64,000 nt of DNA from an uncultured Thiomicrospira sp. Lineage in GTDB: Bacteria > Pseudomonadota > Gammaproteobacteria > CAKMZV01. The stretch is taken from assembly GCA_965195345.1 (NCBI GenBank), contig OZ239628.1, forward strand, positions 1,792,001 to 1,856,000. Reading direction: 5' to 3'. Both the position numbers and the translations under genes were made by a program. The notes below the pieces were generated by a model. It had not been told where the DNA came from. It did not search any database and was given only the letters and a program-made list of their open reading frames with translations. The stretch's first letter is position 1. The number at the start of each line of letters is the position of its first letter. This document shows positions 1 through 12,372 of the stretch, in pieces.

Positions 1-368
1 GCGTCGCTATACGTTGACTGAGTCAACTGTCCACCATAAAGAATGATTGCAAGCTCAGCAAAGACGATTAATGCAATCAGTACGCCAATAGGCAAATAAC
101 TCGCAAATCCTTCTCGTAGTACAGTAATGTTGATATCAAGCATCATCACTACAAACAAAAACAATACCATCACTGCACCGACATAAACAAGAATCAAGGC
201 AACGCCTAAAAATTCAGCATGCAACAATATCCATATACCAGAGCACGACACAAAGGCCATGACCAAGAAAAGAGCCGCACGGACAGGATTTTTCGAGGTA
301 ATCAGCATTAACGCTGCTATCACCGTCAGTCCTGCTAGAGCATAAAATATTATTTGTTCAAAACTCAT
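1..368 (-). CDS. nuoJ: NADH-quinone oxidoreductase subunit J (runs off the window start)
   Basis: Manual translation from ATG 368: MSFEQIIFYALAGLTVIAALMLITSKNPVRAALFLV...HAEFLGVALILVYVGAVMVLFLFVVMMLDIN; NuoJ motifs; directly downstream of nuoI. Confidence 0.95.
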   Translation of the reverse strand, partial: MSFEQIIFYALAGLTVIAALMLITSKNPVRAALFLVMAFVSCSGIWILLHAEFLGVALILVYVGAVMVLFLFVVMMLDINITVLREGFASYLPIGVLIALIVFAELAIILYGGQLTQSTYSD

Positions 369-385
369 TTAAATAAAACTCACAA

Positions 386-877
386 TTAACGGTATGGCGC
401 ATCGCTGGCTCGATCTGCTGCTATTTGCGCCTCATGCTTATCACCCTCTGCAAGCAACAACTCTTTTGTCATAACACGCGTACCCGCTTCTTCAAAATGA
501 TAATCAAGTATGCGCGTTTCCACAATGGCATCTACTGGGCAAGCTTCTTCACAAAAACCACAATAAATACATTTAAACATGTCAATATCGTATTGAATCG
601 TACGCCGCGTTCCATCTTTACTCTGTACGGATTCAATGGTAATCGCATTGGCGGGACAAACCGCTTCACATAATTTACATGCAATGCATCGCTCTTCTCC
701 GTTAGGATAGCGTCTTAAAGCGTGCTTTCCTCGAAATCGAGGAGATAACGGGGTGCGCTCTTCAGGAAATTGAATAGTTATTTTTCTCTTAAACAAATAG
801 CGGCCTGTAACCCCCATACCCTTAAGTAGTTCCCATAAGGTAAAACTTTTTATTTGATGCTTAACGTATTTCCACAT
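386..877 (-). CDS. nuoI: NADH-quinone oxidoreductase subunit I
   Basis: Two CxxCxxCxxxCP ferredoxin motifs ([24 protein letters not shown]); RFRG motif; operon position. Confidence 0.98.
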   Translation of the reverse strand: MWKYVKHQIKSFTLWELLKGMGVTGRYLFKRKITIQFPEERTPLSPRFRGKHALRRYPNGEERCIACKLCEAVCPANAITIESVQSKDGTRRTIQYDIDMFKCIYCGFCEEACPVDAIVETRILDYHFEEAGTRVMTKELLLAEGDKHEAQIAADRASDAPYR

Positions 878-886
878 AATATTGAT

Positions 887-1945
887 TTAAAACCACGGTT
901 TCAATTCCACATAATCCATCACACCAACAACGAACACCCAAAACAATGTGAGGGGAATAAACACTTTCCATCCAAGTCGCATAATTTGGTCATATCGGTA
1001 ACGTGGGAAAGTAGCGCGAAACCAGAGAAAGAAAAACAACATTGTTGCCGTCTTTAAAACCAACCAAACAGTACCCGGGATCCAAGAAAAAACACTTTCC
1101 AAACCGACAATTCCATCAAATGGTGAATGCCATCCTCCGAGAAATAAAATAGTAGTTAGCATCGCAATTAGGATCATCATTGCGTACTCTGCAAGAAAAA
1201 AGACTGCAAAAGTCATCCCAGAATATTCAACATGAAATCCCGCAACAATTTCTGATTCACCCTCTGCCACATCAAATGGCGCACGGTTTGTTTCTGCAAC
1301 TCCAGAAATAAAATACACAATAAACATTGGGAATAAGGGTATCCAATACCAATTCCAAAACCCGCCTGCTTGTCCGTTAACAATATCGCTCATATTCATA
1401 GATTTCGATACCATCAACACCGTAACCATAGCAAATCCCATAGCAATTTCGTAAGACACTATTTGTGCCGACGCACGCACTGCGCTCAAAAATGCATACT
1501 TAGAATTCGAAGCCCAGCCTGAAACTATAACACCGTATACGCCAATGGAGCCGACTGCTAATATATACATCAAACCGACATCAATATCCGAAACGTACAT
1601 TCCATCCCCAAAAGGGACAACCGCCCAAACCGCAATCGCAGGTGCTATCGAAAGCATTGGTGCAATAATGAACAGCCAAGCATTTGATTGCGACGGTACA
1701 ATAATTTCCTTAAACATCAATTTCACGGCATCAGCAATGGGTTGCAACCATCCTTTAGGACCCACCCTGTTCGGGCCAAGTCGCATTTGCATATAACCTA
1801 TAATCTTGCGCTCAGCATAGGTAAGATAGGCAACACCAAGCATTACTGGGATGATAATAATCAACGCTTGCGTCAAAAAAGTGGCCATGATTGCCACACC
1901 TGATGGCAAAAATATGCTCAAAAATTCTGTCAATTGATCAAACAT
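887..1945 (-). CDS. nuoH: NADH-quinone oxidoreductase subunit H
   Basis: [38 protein letters not shown] motifs. Confidence 0.98.
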   Translation of the reverse strand: MFDQLTEFLSIFLPSGVAIMATFLTQALIIIIPVMLGVAYLTYAERKIIGYMQMRLGPNRVGPKGWLQPIADAVKLMFKEIIVPSQSNAWLFIIAPMLSIAPAIAVWAVVPFGDGMYVSDIDVGLMYILAVGSIGVYGVIVSGWASNSKYAFLSAVRASAQIVSYEIAMGFAMVTVLMVSKSMNMSDIVNGQAGGFWNWYWIPLFPMFIVYFISGVAETNRAPFDVAEGESEIVAGFHVEYSGMTFAVFFLAEYAMMILIAMLTTILFLGGWHSPFDGIVGLESVFSWIPGTVWLVLKTATMLFFFLWFRATFPRYRYDQIMRLGWKVFIPLTLFWVFVVGVMDYVELKPWF

Positions 1946-1961
1946 TATATTTCCAATAATC

Positions 1962-4214
1962 TCAAATTATTCGGATACCATTTATACGTAAATTATGAAA
2001 AGAGGAGGCAGCATGCGCTGGAATCAAAAAAGATCCAGCCGCTACTCGTTCGTTCATGTCAGCACCAACATGTGTAGTAACACCGTCCTTCTCAAATTCA
2101 ATCTCGTTACCAAATCCCAAATTTTCTGCATCGCTTGGATTAATCTGACACTTCATGCCAACTCGAGCAGTTCTTGTTTCTTGCAAAGCAGAAGCATGCC
2201 TCAAAGTTGCATCTAAAGCATAGGCGTGCCAATAAATCACCCCATCAATCTGACCATTCGTGTTATTCTTTTCAAACTTTGATGGGTTTTTCGGTAAAAT
2301 TTCACTATGATCTAATTCATTCAATGCTTCATCACGAACTTGAGTACTATTAGTATAGTCACAATTTGGCACATCGAATAGATTCGCAAGCACTCGAAGC
2401 ACCTTCCATCCTTGTTTAGAATCCCCAATTGGCGGAACAATTGCGGAAAAAGACTGTGCTTTTCCGTTCATATTAATAAACGTTCCCGATGTTTCTGCAT
2501 AGGTGCTTATCGGCAAAATAACATCAGCGTATTTTTCAAGAGCTTCAGACCTAAAATTGGAAAATGCAATAACCTTCATCTTTGGCAAACAATCGTTTAA
2601 CATGCCTGAATACACCGTGTCATTGTTAGGATCAACATCGTATAAAACAATCGCTTTCGACTCCAACATCTGAGTAACATTCACTTTAAATGGAGCGCAC
2701 CCTAATTGTTTAGCTGCAATCGTATTCGTCGATTCAGGCAAAATCTGCAAGACTGTCCCCGTCAAACTTGCCAATAAATGTGCCCAAGACTCAACATCAC
2801 CAAAATCAGAAGATTGTTGTGCGCGGTTACCAAGCACAATGATGCCATCGTCTGATTCTTTCAATGCTTGTGCATAACTTTTGGCTTGTTCGCCGACCTT
2901 CATCTCCTCTAACCCTAACTCAGCAATTCTCTCATCATCTTTTTCCAATAAATATTTTGCCATTTCGGCAAAAAATGTAACCCATAAAGCAGGCCTTCGA
3001 ATCGCATTAGTGGTTTCTTTTATTCTAAAGTCGTGTTCAATGGCATCCAGAACCAACAACGAAGCTCGACCCTTACGCAAACGATGTGCCACCATGGGAT
3101 GTTCTTCCGTCAAAGCACAGCCGACAACAAGAGCAGCATCGCACTTTTCAAAAGCACTCATTGGCAATGACACACCTGCACCAACTGCTTCCAAGTCTCG
3201 TTGCCTTATTCGCGTATCCAAGCCACCTTCCTTGTGAAACGCTATTTTCTTTAGCAAAGTTAACTCTTCTAACGTGGCATTAGGGTTTACTAACGCATTA
3301 AATGGCAGATTCTTAAAAATCTTACATGTCAAATTCAGTGCCGACTCCCAGTCTGTTTTTTTCCAGTTAGAACCTTCTTTTACCATTGGGTTCAATATGC
3401 GTTCTGGGCTCTGTAATCCTTCGTAACCAAAGCGGTCGCGATCCGACAACCAAACCTCATTAATTTCCTCATTTTGCTTGGGCACTACACGTTTAATAAC
3501 AGACCCTTTGCAATGGTAAATGCAGTGAGATCCTGCACTATCGTGGGCAGCAATGCTTTCACGAGCTACCAGTTCCCAAGGACGAGCAGAATAACGGAAA
3601 GGTTTAGAAGTAAGTGCTCCAACAGGGCATAGATCGATCATGTTTCCAGAAAGCTCTGAATCCACAGAATGCTCTAAAAAGGTACCAATCTCACTGTACT
3701 CACCACGTCGCGTCATCCCTAACTCTTGAATACCACCAATCTCTTGCCCAAATCGGACACAACGCGTGCAATGAATGCATCGTGTCAAGTCCGTATGAAT
3801 CAAAGGACCGATATTCTTCTCAGGGACAACCCGTTTATTAGCACTGTAACGTGAGGCATCGCTTCCAAATTCCAGCGAAACATCCTGCAACTCGCACTCA
3901 CCACCTTGGTCACAAATAGGGCAATCAAGTGGATGATTAATTAGTAAAAACTCCATCACCGACTTCTGTGCGGTGCGTGCAGCTGGTGATTTTGTATTAA
4001 CAATCATCCCTTCCGACACAGGGGTTGCACAAGCAGGCATTGGCTTCTTCGCCCCCTTGACTTCAACTAAGCACATACGGCAATTTGCAGCAACACTCAA
4101 TTTAGAATGATAACAAAATCGAGGAATATCGACAGAATGAGTATCTGCCACATCAATAAGCATTTGTCCTTCTCTTGCGTCAACTTTTTTGCCGTCTATT
4201 AAGATACTTATCAT
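1962..4214 (-). CDS. nuoG: NADH-quinone oxidoreductase subunit G
   Basis: [37 protein letters not shown] Fe-S motifs. Confidence 0.97.
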   Translation of the reverse strand: MISILIDGKKVDAREGQMLIDVADTHSVDIPRFCYHSKLSVAANCRMCLVEVKGAKKPMPACATPVSEGMIVNTKSPAARTAQKSVMEFLLINHPLDCPICDQGGECELQDVSLEFGSDASRYSANKRVVPEKNIGPLIHTDLTRCIHCTRCVRFGQEIGGIQELGMTRRGEYSEIGTFLEHSVDSELSGNMIDLCPVGALTSKPFRYSARPWELVARESIAAHDSAGSHCIYHCKGSVIKRVVPKQNEEINEVWLSDRDRFGYEGLQSPERILNPMVKEGSNWKKTDWESALNLTCKIFKNLPFNALVNPNATLEELTLLKKIAFHKEGGLDTRIRQRDLEAVGAGVSLPMSAFEKCDAALVVGCALTEEHPMVAHRLRKGRASLLVLDAIEHDFRIKETTNAIRRPALWVTFFAEMAKYLLEKDDERIAELGLEEMKVGEQAKSYAQALKESDDGIIVLGNRAQQSSDFGDVESWAHLLASLTGTVLQILPESTNTIAAKQLGCAPFKVNVTQMLESKAIVLYDVDPNNDTVYSGMLNDCLPKMKVIAFSNFRSEALEKYADVILPISTYAETSGTFINMNGKAQSFSAIVPPIGDSKQGWKVLRVLANLFDVPNCDYTNSTQVRDEALNELDHSEILPKNPSKFEKNNTNGQIDGVIYWHAYALDATLRHASALQETRTARVGMKCQINPSDAENLGFGNEIEFEKDGVTTHVGADMNERVAAGSFLIPAHAASSFHNLRINGIRII

Positions 4215-4217
4215 AGT

Positions 4218-5513
4218 TTAACTGGCTTTTTGGTGTTTCGATTCGGCATTTCTTCCATTAATTTTTGCCACAAACTCATCACGAAAGTGTTCAATAAAAC
4301 TCAATACTGGTATAGCAGCCGCATCGCCCAAACCACAAATAACATGCCCATCAATATTGTTGGATAAACTGGTTAGCAATTCAAGATCTTCCGTACTCGC
4401 CTTACCTTCATTAATTCTCTTAACTGTGCGGTACATCCAACCTGTTCCTTCACGACACGGAGTACATTGCCCACAAGACTCATCAAAAAAGAAATGCGTC
4501 AAACGCTCTAATGCCTTCACCATATCTGTCGTTTCATCCATGATAATAACAGAACCTGCACCAAGGCTTGAACCCGCTTTTCCAATGCCATTAAAATCCA
4601 TGTTCATACCCATCGCACTTTCACCGGTAATAACTGGCGTTGATGGTCCACCCGGTATTACTGCTTTAAGCTTTTTCCCATCACGCATTCCACCAGCAAG
4701 TTCAAGTAAATCCGCAAAAGGCGTCCCCATACGCACTTCATAATTTCCCGGTTTATTAACATGACCCGATACTGAATAAATTTTAGCGCCACCTGAGTTA
4801 GGCAGTCCTATGTCTTGAAACCAACGCCCACCTTTTTCTAATATGACTGGTACTGAAGCATAGGTTTCAGTATTGTTAACATTAGTCGGTCTACCGTACA
4901 ATCCAAAACTTGCTGAATAAGGTGGTTTAAAGCGAGGCTGCCCTTTCTTACCTTCTATTGATTCAATCAAAGCTGTTTCTTCCCCACAAATGTAGGCACC
5001 TGCCCCAGCATGATAGTACAAATCAAAATCTTTCCCACTACCTAAAACATCCTTTCCTAAGAAACCCTTACTGTATGCTTGCTTAAGCGCATCATTAAAA
5101 CGATTAATTGGTTCGACAAATTCACCGCGCACGTAGTTATAACCAACACTTGCATTCAATACGACTCCAGCAATTGCCATACCCTCAATCAATTGATGAG
5201 GATTGAAACGCATAATATCGCGATCTTTAAAAGTTCCAGGTTCGCCCTCGTCTGAATTGCAAACAATATATTTTTGAATCTTAGCAAACCTTGGCATAAA
5301 CGTCCACTTCAAACCTGTTGGAAAACCAGCACCACCACGTCCACGCAAATTCGACACAGTGAGCTCATCTATGACTTTTTCAGCAGACAGCTTGTTCTTT
5401 AAAACCTTTTTATACATTGAATAGCCACCATTCTTAATATACGTGTCTATATCCCATGGTTTATCTAAATGGTTAAAGCGAAAACACACCTCGTTTTGAA
5501 TTACATTTGTCAT
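4218..5513 (-). CDS. nuoF: NADH-quinone oxidoreductase subunit F
   Basis: GRGGAGFPTG, DEGEPG, GAGAYICGEETAL, SCGQCTPCREG. Confidence 0.98.
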   Translation of the reverse strand: MTNVIQNEVCFRFNHLDKPWDIDTYIKNGGYSMYKKVLKNKLSAEKVIDELTVSNLRGRGGAGFPTGLKWTFMPRFAKIQKYIVCNSDEGEPGTFKDRDIMRFNPHQLIEGMAIAGVVLNASVGYNYVRGEFVEPINRFNDALKQAYSKGFLGKDVLGSGKDFDLYYHAGAGAYICGEETALIESIEGKKGQPRFKPPYSASFGLYGRPTNVNNTETYASVPVILEKGGRWFQDIGLPNSGGAKIYSVSGHVNKPGNYEVRMGTPFADLLELAGGMRDGKKLKAVIPGGPSTPVITGESAMGMNMDFNGIGKAGSSLGAGSVIIMDETTDMVKALERLTHFFFDESCGQCTPCREGTGWMYRTVKRINEGKASTEDLELLTSLSNNIDGHVICGLGDAAAIPVLSFIEHFRDEFVAKINGRNAESKHQKAS

Positions 5514-5524
5514 GGTTTAATAAT

Positions 5525-6076
5525 TTATTCGAGATTATCAAGTACTTGATCAACTTTTTGAGGCGTGAGATTTTCATAATACTCATCACCAATTTGCATC
5601 ATAGGAGCACCGGCACATGCGGCCAAACATTCAACTTTTTTTAAAGAAAATCGTCCATCCTTAGTCACTTCTCCGCCACACTTTATGCCCAATTTGCTCT
5701 CCATATAAGCAATCAAATCGTCCCCCCCACACAACATACAAGAGATATTGTGGCACACTGAAATCTTATATCTCCCTTGTGGCTTATGTTCGTACATTGA
5801 GTAGAAAGAAGCAACTTCTTGCGCGCTTATTGATGCTAATTCAAGATAAGAAGCAACGCTCTCAATTAATTCTTTGGTAAGCATTCCACCATTATGATTT
5901 TGGGCAATGGTGAGCGCAGGCATCAAAGCCGATCTTTTGTGCTCATGGGGATACTTAGAAACATGACTGTCGATGGCGAGTTTCACATCATCACTTAAAC
6001 TGTACGTGTTTTCTGACGGAATGGGATAATGCGTAATCTGTGCAACAGTATGCGCAATTAATGGGTCATTCTTCAT
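5525..6076 (-). CDS. nuoE: NADH-quinone oxidoreductase subunit E
   Basis: [20 protein letters not shown] 2Fe-2S ligands; position between nuoD and nuoF. Confidence 0.96.
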   Translation of the reverse strand: MKNDPLIAHTVAQITHYPIPSENTYSLSDDVKLAIDSHVSKYPHEHKRSALMPALTIAQNHNGGMLTKELIESVASYLELASISAQEVASFYSMYEHKPQGRYKISVCHNISCMLCGGDDLIAYMESKLGIKCGGEVTKDGRFSLKKVECLAACAGAPMMQIGDEYYENLTPQKVDQVLDNLE

Positions 6077-7326
6077 CGATCTATTTCTCCAAATACAACG
6101 TCTTGCGTGCCAATAATTGTAACAACATCCGCGAGCAGATGCCCTTTAGCCATGCTATTCATCGCTTGCAAATGCGCAAACCCTGGCGCACGAATTTTTA
6201 CGCGGTAGGGTTTATTAGCACCGTCAGATATCATATAAATGCCAAATTCTCCTTTCGGATGTTCAGTCCCTACATACACCTCACCTTTTGGCACACAGTA
6301 ACCTTCAGTGAATAATTTAAAATGGTGAATCAAATCCTCCATATCCTTCTTCATAGTTTCACGTTTGGGGGGTGTTACTTTGTGATCTGAAGAAACGACT
6401 GCTCCTGGATTATTGCGTAACCATTGGATGCATTGATTCATTATTTTTGTTGATTCGCGCATCTCTTGTATGCGCACCAAATAGCGATCATAGCTATCAC
6501 CTTCAGTCCCTACAGGAATAGAAAAATCCAATTGATCATACACTTCATATGGTTGTTTTTTGCGCAAATCCCAAGCAATACCCGATCCTCGCAACATCGG
6601 ACCTGTAAAGCCGAGTTGTAGAGCATGTTCGGGATCAACCACACCGACACCAACGAGGCGTTGCTTCCAGATACGATTGTCAGTCAATAGCGTTTCATAT
6701 TCATCAATTAGTTTTGGAAACCGCTGAGCAAAATCGTCAATAAAATCAAGCAAAGAACCTTCTCTATTTGCATTAAAACGCTTAACCTCGCTCTCCTTAG
6801 TCTTCTCACCTTTCTCAAACTTTGGCATCTTCTCAGGCAAATCCCTATAAACGCCACCGGGTCTAAAATACGTGGCGTGCATTCGAGCGCCACTTACTGC
6901 CTCGTAACAATCCATTAGATCTTCGCGCTCTCTAAATGCATACAAAAAAACCGTCATTGCGCCAACATCAAGTGCATGAGAACCCAACCACATTAGATGA
7001 TTGAGAATACGAGTTATTTCAGCAAAAAGAACACGAATATATTGCCCTCGCAAAGGAACTTCCACATCTAATAACTTTTCAATTGCCATAACGAATGCGT
7101 GTTCATTACACATCATAGATACGTAATCAAGACGATCCATATAACCAATGGATTGGTTGTAAGGTTTGTATTCAACCAGCTTTTCCGTACCCCTATGCAA
7201 CAAACCAATATGAGGATCTGCTCGCACAATAGTCTCACCATCCATTTCCAAAACCAAACGCAATACTCCGTGCGCCGCTGGATGTTGTGGACCAAAGTTG
7301 AGCGTATAATTTTTAATTTCTGCCAT
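6073..7326 (-). CDS. nuoD: NADH-quinone oxidoreductase subunit D
   Basis: [20 protein letters not shown]-terminal GEIDR; start moved to ATG 7326 (MAEIKNY, 417 aa). Confidence 0.97.
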   Translation of the reverse strand: MAEIKNYTLNFGPQHPAAHGVLRLVLEMDGETIVRADPHIGLLHRGTEKLVEYKPYNQSIGYMDRLDYVSMMCNEHAFVMAIEKLLDVEVPLRGQYIRVLFAEITRILNHLMWLGSHALDVGAMTVFLYAFREREDLMDCYEAVSGARMHATYFRPGGVYRDLPEKMPKFEKGEKTKESEVKRFNANREGSLLDFIDDFAQRFPKLIDEYETLLTDNRIWKQRLVGVGVVDPEHALQLGFTGPMLRGSGIAWDLRKKQPYEVYDQLDFSIPVGTEGDSYDRYLVRIQEMRESTKIMNQCIQWLRNNPGAVVSSDHKVTPPKRETMKKDMEDLIHHFKLFTEGYCVPKGEVYVGTEHPKGEFGIYMISDGANKPYRVKIRAPGFAHLQAMNSMAKGHLLADVVTIIGTQDVVFGEIDR

Positions 7327-7340
7327 AACTTTACTGCAAA

Positions 7341-8000
7341 TTAGCGAATAACCCTCGGTACGTTTACGCGATTTTCTAACGTCACTGGACGATACCGAAC
7401 ACAATGTTCTATAGCATCATAGTACATTTCAACTTTGCCGACTAAAGGAAAATCCTTACGCAAAGGATGTCCAACAAAACCATAATCAGTAAGGATGCGC
7501 CGCAAATCTGGATGCCCCTCAAAAACAATACCAAACAAATCAAATGCTTCGCGTTCAAACCAGTTGGCGCACTCCCATATTGGGACTGCGGAAGCTACCA
7601 TTGGAAAAGATGTATTTTCGGGGAAACACTTGACTCGCAAACGCAAATTATCACTGATATTAAGCAATTGATAAACAACACAAAATCGTCTATCCATATC
7701 CGCATCTACGGCAACCGATAAATCTTCCCCATCATCAAAATCAAAAACCCCTCGACTAAAGCCCTGCGCCGTAGCACCGTCGGTTTCCCAGTTTTGCTGT
7801 CCGAAAGCCGCGTAATCAACACCGCATAAATCGACAAGCAGTTTAAAACCGTACTCATCGTGCAAAGCCTGACACACAGTTGTCAAAGACAAAGGAGACA
7901 CCTCCATAACCAACGTGTCTACTTCAAGTTGTAAAGAAATATATTTATCAGACAACCCCGCTTGAAGTTTATCATTGAGCTGTTGCTGATAATCACGCAT
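7341..8000 (-). CDS. nuoC: NADH-quinone oxidoreductase subunit C
   Basis: [35 protein letters not shown]; not fused to NuoD. Confidence 0.97.
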   Translation of the reverse strand: MRDYQQQLNDKLQAGLSDKYISLQLEVDTLVMEVSPLSLTTVCQALHDEYGFKLLVDLCGVDYAAFGQQNWETDGATAQGFSRGVFDFDDGEDLSVAVDADMDRRFCVVYQLLNISDNLRLRVKCFPENTSFPMVASAVPIWECANWFEREAFDLFGIVFEGHPDLRRILTDYGFVGHPLRKDFPLVGKVEMYYDAIEHCVRYRPVTLENRVNVPRVIR

Positions 8001-8018
8001 CGAATAAATACCCGAAAC

Positions 8019-8495
8019 TTAGCGGGCGATAGTATTGGTTTGTTTAATTTTCCGCTGCAATTGCAAAATACCAAATAACAATGCCTCTGCAGTAGGGGGG
8101 CATCCTGGAACATAGATATCCACAGGCACAATGCGGTCACAACCGCGAACTACCGAGTAAGAATAATGATAATATCCTCCGCCATTTGCACAAGACCCCA
8201 TAGAAATCACCCAACGAGGCTCAGGCATTTGATCGTATACTTTGCGCAATGCAGGACCCATTTTGTTACATAAAGTGCCAGCGACAATCATGACATCAGA
8301 TTGCCTAGGACTAGGGCGGAATACAATACCGAATCGGTCAATATCGTAGCGCGAAGCTGCAGCGTGCATCATTTCAACGGCACAGCAAGCCAGTCCAAAA
8401 GTCATCGGCCACATTGATCCTGTACGCGCCCAATTTATTAGCTTATCAGCGGTTGTAGTAACGATTCCTTCTTTAAATACACCTTCTACTCCCAT
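8019..8495 (-). CDS. nuoB: NADH-quinone oxidoreductase subunit B
   Basis: [20 protein letters not shown]; start moved to ATG 8495 (MGVEG, 158 aa). Confidence 0.97.
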   Translation of the reverse strand: MGVEGVFKEGIVTTTADKLINWARTGSMWPMTFGLACCAVEMMHAAASRYDIDRFGIVFRPSPRQSDVMIVAGTLCNKMGPALRKVYDQMPEPRWVISMGSCANGGGYYHYSYSVVRGCDRIVPVDIYVPGCPPTAEALLFGILQLQRKIKQTNTIAR

Positions 8496-8842
8496 TCCAA
8501 CGCTCCCTTTTTCCACTCATAAATAAAGCCCACAGTCAAAATACCAAGAAAAATAGCCATCGCAACATACGCTGGCGTACCTACGGTATCCAATGCCACA
8601 GCCCATGGAAATAAAAAGGCAATTTCCAAATCAAAAATAATGAATAAAATAGCGACCAAGTAGAACCGCACATCAAATTTCATGCGCGCATCTTCAAACG
8701 CTTCAAATCCACATTCATATGGAGAACGTTTTTCTGCATCGGGTTTATTCGGTGCTAAAGCATAACCCAATACAATTGGACCTATGCCGAAAGCAATTCC
8801 GAGCGCGATAAAAACTAAAATGGGCAAATATTCGTAAAGCAT
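8486..8842 (-). CDS. nuoA: NADH-quinone oxidoreductase subunit A
   Basis: [18 protein letters not shown]; start moved to ATG 8842 (118 aa). Confidence 0.97.
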   Translation of the reverse strand: MLYEYLPILVFIALGIAFGIGPIVLGYALAPNKPDAEKRSPYECGFEAFEDARMKFDVRFYLVAILFIIFDLEIAFLFPWAVALDTVGTPAYVAMAIFLGILTVGFIYEWKKGALEWE

Positions 8843-8922
8843 AATTAACTTAGCTATTGACAATTGTTACAGCGATAACTGCAAGAAATAATCCAACAGT
8901 TTTGTCTCAAATTGGTTTACAA

Positions 8923-8931
8923 ATTATAGCA
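8923..8931 (-). promoter_or_regulatory. Candidate extended -10 promoter of the nuo operon
   Basis: Minus strand reads TGCTATAAT (TGnTATAAT consensus), about 80 nt upstream of the nuoA ATG; no good -35. Confidence 0.55.
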
Positions 8932-9021
8932 CACCAAAGAAGGGTTTTACCTAAGCTCTATACAGTAAAATTTGCAGATAATTACTACCCACTCAATAAC
9001 TTTAACACAGGAATTCTTAAG

Positions 9022-9891
9022 ATGACCTCACCGCATAACATGCTCTGGCAAAAAGGAAACACATTCAAGGAGCTGCATGAACTTGACCATATTTTTTTAA
9101 TGCCGAACGCTTGGAGTGCTGGAAGTGCCTGCATACTACAAGAGGCTGGATTTCCAGCTATAGGAACAACCAGCGCTGGCATCGCTTACGATTTGGGAAT
9201 GCCTGATTATGTAAACGCTTTATCAAGAGATAAAGCGCTTGAAGCGACTAGCAAAATAACACAAGCTGTTCATCTACCTATAAGTGCTGATGCTGAAAAC
9301 GGATACGGAAACGAACCTGCTGATGTAGCACAAACGATTCAACTTTTTGCCGAATCTGGTGTTGTTGGTGCAAGTATTGAAGACTACAGCTCCAATTTTG
9401 GTCATAGCCTGTATGATAGAGATTTAGCGGTATCTCGTATAAAGGCAGCTAAAGAAGCCGCTCAAAAATTACCTTTCCCATTTGTACTAACGGCGCGTGC
9501 AGAATGTTACCTCATCAATCACCCTAACCCTCTTAACGAATCAATACAGCGTGCCAATTTATATCGTGAAGCGGGTGCCGATTGCTTATTTATCCCCGGA
9601 ATAAGCGATGCTCATACTATTGCGACACTGGTCAAAGAAATAGACGCTCCATTAAGCGTTGTAATGGGATTGACGAATAGTACACTGACACTCAATGAGT
9701 TGGAACAGCTTGGCATTAGACGTGTTAGCGTTGGAGGTTCTTTGGCGCGCGCAACGTATGGATTAATTCGCAAAGCAGCACACGAAATGCTTGAACAAGG
9801 AACATTTACCTTTGCCGATGCTCAAATTCCCGATAATGAAATGTGTCGTCTGTTTGAAAAGCAACTGAAAAGCAATAGCACTATGACTTGA
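9022..9891 (+). CDS. Isocitrate lyase/PEP mutase superfamily protein
   Basis: PNAW, GTTSAG, ADAENGYG, SIED, LTARAE, AGADCLF motifs; lacks the KKCG motif of true ICL/PrpB; start ATG 9022 preferred. Confidence 0.85.
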   Translation: MTSPHNMLWQKGNTFKELHELDHIFLMPNAWSAGSACILQEAGFPAIGTTSAGIAYDLGMPDYVNALSRDKALEATSKITQAVHLPISADAENGYGNEPADVAQTIQLFAESGVVGASIEDYSSNFGHSLYDRDLAVSRIKAAKEAAQKLPFPFVLTARAECYLINHPNPLNESIQRANLYREAGADCLFIPGISDAHTIATLVKEIDAPLSVVMGLTNSTLTLNELEQLGIRRVSVGGSLARATYGLIRKAAHEMLEQGTFTFADAQIPDNEMCRLFEKQLKSNSTMT

Positions 9892-9902
9892 AAATCAGTC
9901 AA

Positions 9903-11366
9903 TCATCGAATGATAAAAGGATCAAGGATAGGGTCTTCGCTCGTGCGAATCCACACCGCTTTGAGCTTCGTATAACGCAAAGCCGCATCAATTCCAGCTT
10001 CGCGTCCAAAACCAGAAAAACCATGACCGCCAAAAGGCGCCATTGGTGAAATAGCGCGATAAGTATTCACCCAAACAACACCAGCCTTTATCGCTTTTAC
10101 CATACGATGCCCTCGTGCTAAATCTTTAGTGAAGACGCCCGATGCCAATCCAAAACGAGTATTGTTAGCAATACTAATAGCCTCCTCTTCTGTATCAAAA
10201 CCAATTACCGACAAAACAGGACCAAACATTTCATCGACAGCTGTCTGCGCATCAGGAACATCGGTACAATCAATAATTGTTGGTTGAAAATAATATCCTT
10301 TGCGCTCTAATCGCTCTCCCCCTGTAATGATAGTTGCTCCCTTAGCAACAGATGATGCTAAGGCTTTTTCAATAAGGTCAATCTGTTCCTGAGTACACAA
10401 AGGCCCCATTTCAGTCGCGCTATCCATCGGCGAACCTATCACTATTTTTTCGGCTTTTTCTTTCAATCGTGCAACCAAAGCATCTTTGATGCCTTTTTGA
10501 ACAACCAATCTTGACCCTGCCACGCAACTTTGACCAGAAGCGGCAAAAATACCAGCGACTTGAGCGTTGGCTGCACTTTCAAGGTCGGCATCATTAAACA
10601 CAATAAACGGCGACTTCCCTCCAAGCTCGAGCGATAGACTGGCAAGGTTTTGCGCAGTATTACGCACAACATGACTTGCTGTTTGAGGACCTCCAGTAAA
10701 AGCCACATGCATAACTAACGGGTGAGAGGTTAATATTTTCCCAACATCCGCATGCCCCGTAATAAAGTGAATCACCCCTTTAGGGAAGCCCGCTTCTTCA
10801 AACAATTGAGCAAAGGCGAGATGAGGACCTGCCCCGTCCTCTGACGCTTTGACAACGACCGTGCAACCTGCAGCGAGAGCTGGTCCAATCTTTACCGCTG
10901 ACAAAAAGAGTTGCGAATTCCACGGCACTACCGCCGCAACAACCCCCAACGGTTCACGTTGTAAAGTAACATCCATGTCGGGCTTATCAATCGGCAAATG
11001 AGAGCCCTCCATTTTGTCTGCTAAACCTGCATAATAGCGATAATAATCTGCAACATAGCTAATTTGCGCCGACGTTTCTCGTATGATTTTCCCACTATCC
11101 ATCGTCTCAATTTCGGCTATCTTATCAGCATCACGCTCAATCAAATCAGCTAGTTTAGCAAGTTTTTTACCGCGTGCAGTAGCACTCAATCCCGCCCAAG
11201 CAGGATCGCTCAAAGCTCGATGCGCAGCTTTTACTGCTCTATCAACATCCTCAGCACTTGCCTCTGGCATCAGAGCCCAATGTTCTTCCGTTGCTGGATT
11301 AATACTGGGGAAATAGTCCTTCGCTTCTGTATATTCGCCATCTATGAATTGTTGGAATTTTTGCAT
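9903..11366 (-). CDS. Aldehyde dehydrogenase
   Basis: PWN, FTGG, LELGGKSP, catalytic GQSC, EMFGPV. Confidence 0.95.
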   Translation of the reverse strand: MQKFQQFIDGEYTEAKDYFPSINPATEEHWALMPEASAEDVDRAVKAAHRALSDPAWAGLSATARGKKLAKLADLIERDADKIAEIETMDSGKIIRETSAQISYVADYYRYYAGLADKMEGSHLPIDKPDMDVTLQREPLGVVAAVVPWNSQLFLSAVKIGPALAAGCTVVVKASEDGAGPHLAFAQLFEEAGFPKGVIHFITGHADVGKILTSHPLVMHVAFTGGPQTASHVVRNTAQNLASLSLELGGKSPFIVFNDADLESAANAQVAGIFAASGQSCVAGSRLVVQKGIKDALVARLKEKAEKIVIGSPMDSATEMGPLCTQEQIDLIEKALASSVAKGATIITGGERLERKGYYFQPTIIDCTDVPDAQTAVDEMFGPVLSVIGFDTEEEAISIANNTRFGLASGVFTKDLARGHRMVKAIKAGVVWVNTYRAISPMAPFGGHGFSGFGREAGIDAALRYTKLKAVWIRTSEDPILDPFIIR

Positions 11367-11419
11367 ATTGTGTGTTCTCTACGAAACGAGTCAATCATCT
11401 CGTTGTATTTAATTGATAT

Positions 11420-12334
11420 TTAAGTTGGAAAAACTTTCCCTTTTTTATGGTCCCCCACGTACAAGCCGAACTCCCCTACTTCAGATTCAGCGGCAAAACG
11501 CTTAAGCATAATAACCTCAGGAGGCGACTGAATGCTTTGATAAATCTCATCATTAAGAGGCATAAACGTCCCCTGTCGAGAAACCGCTTCGGTAACCGTG
11601 TGGTAAACTATAAATTGTTTATTTTCTTCAATGTTTTCATAAATTGAATAAACATAACTCGCTGAATCAGGAAAGTCGCATTGCTGAGTAAGGCTTTTTA
11701 GTTGCATCTGTAAACTTTCTCCTTTGACCACGGTAGTGCGTGGCAGCTCGAAGGTGTTATTTGCGCCTTCTTTAAAAAAGATTTCTCCTTGCTTTTCAAT
11801 AATCACTTGCACTTCCACTAATTGATCCGACTGGGAAATTTGCGCCGCTCTCTCCTCCATAGATAAAGTGAAGAATGAGCCTCTAACGTAACCCAGCCCT
11901 TTACCAGCGCCATTATGAAAGTCAGTAACCTCACCAATAATAATTGTATGATCGCCGCCATCAACGGCATTGACTCTGCGACAATCAAACCATGCAACAC
12001 CATCCGCAAGAAGTGGCATTCCAGCTGGCGTCTGTAACCAATCCACAGCAGCAAATCGTTTTGCATCACGTGATGCAAAGCGTTGCGCGATATCTTGTTG
12101 TGCCTCCGATAAAACATTAACAGCAAAACCAACACCTTGCGAAAAAGAGGTATGATAGTACGAAGACTTTGCTAAACAAACTAACAACATTGGGGGGTCA
12201 AGCGACACACTTGTGAAGGAATTAGCAGTAAAACCAATAGCACCCAATTGAGGGTCACAGGTCGTAACCACTGTTACGCCCGTCATAAAAGACCCAAATG
12301 CGTCACGCAAAGCACGTGCAGAAGGATTGTTCAT
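11420..12334 (-). CDS. Flavin reductase domain protein with C-terminal (Nudix-like) extension
   Basis: TGVTVVTT, FTANSFTSVSLDPP, GDH motifs in first ~155 aa; extra ~140-aa C-terminal domain (Nudix-like assignment tentative). Confidence 0.85.
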   Translation of the reverse strand: MNNPSARALRDAFGSFMTGVTVVTTCDPQLGAIGFTANSFTSVSLDPPMLLVCLAKSSYYHTSFSQGVGFAVNVLSEAQQDIAQRFASRDAKRFAAVDWLQTPAGMPLLADGVAWFDCRRVNAVDGGDHTIIIGEVTDFHNGAGKGLGYVRGSFFTLSMEERAAQISQSDQLVEVQVIIEKQGEIFFKEGANNTFELPRTTVVKGESLQMQLKSLTQQCDFPDSASYVYSIYENIEENKQFIVYHTVTEAVSRQGTFMPLNDEIYQSIQSPPEVIMLKRFAAESEVGEFGLYVGDHKKGKVFPT

Positions 12335-12372
12335 AGTCTTTTTCTATTCATCACTTTATGACAGAAAACAGT

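Noticed and set aside
8843-9021. tRNA upstream of nuoA, and the 55-codon N-terminal extension of the 8857 ORF
   Set aside because: No cloverleaf or T-loop motif; the extension overlaps the nuo promoter region and lacks family similarity
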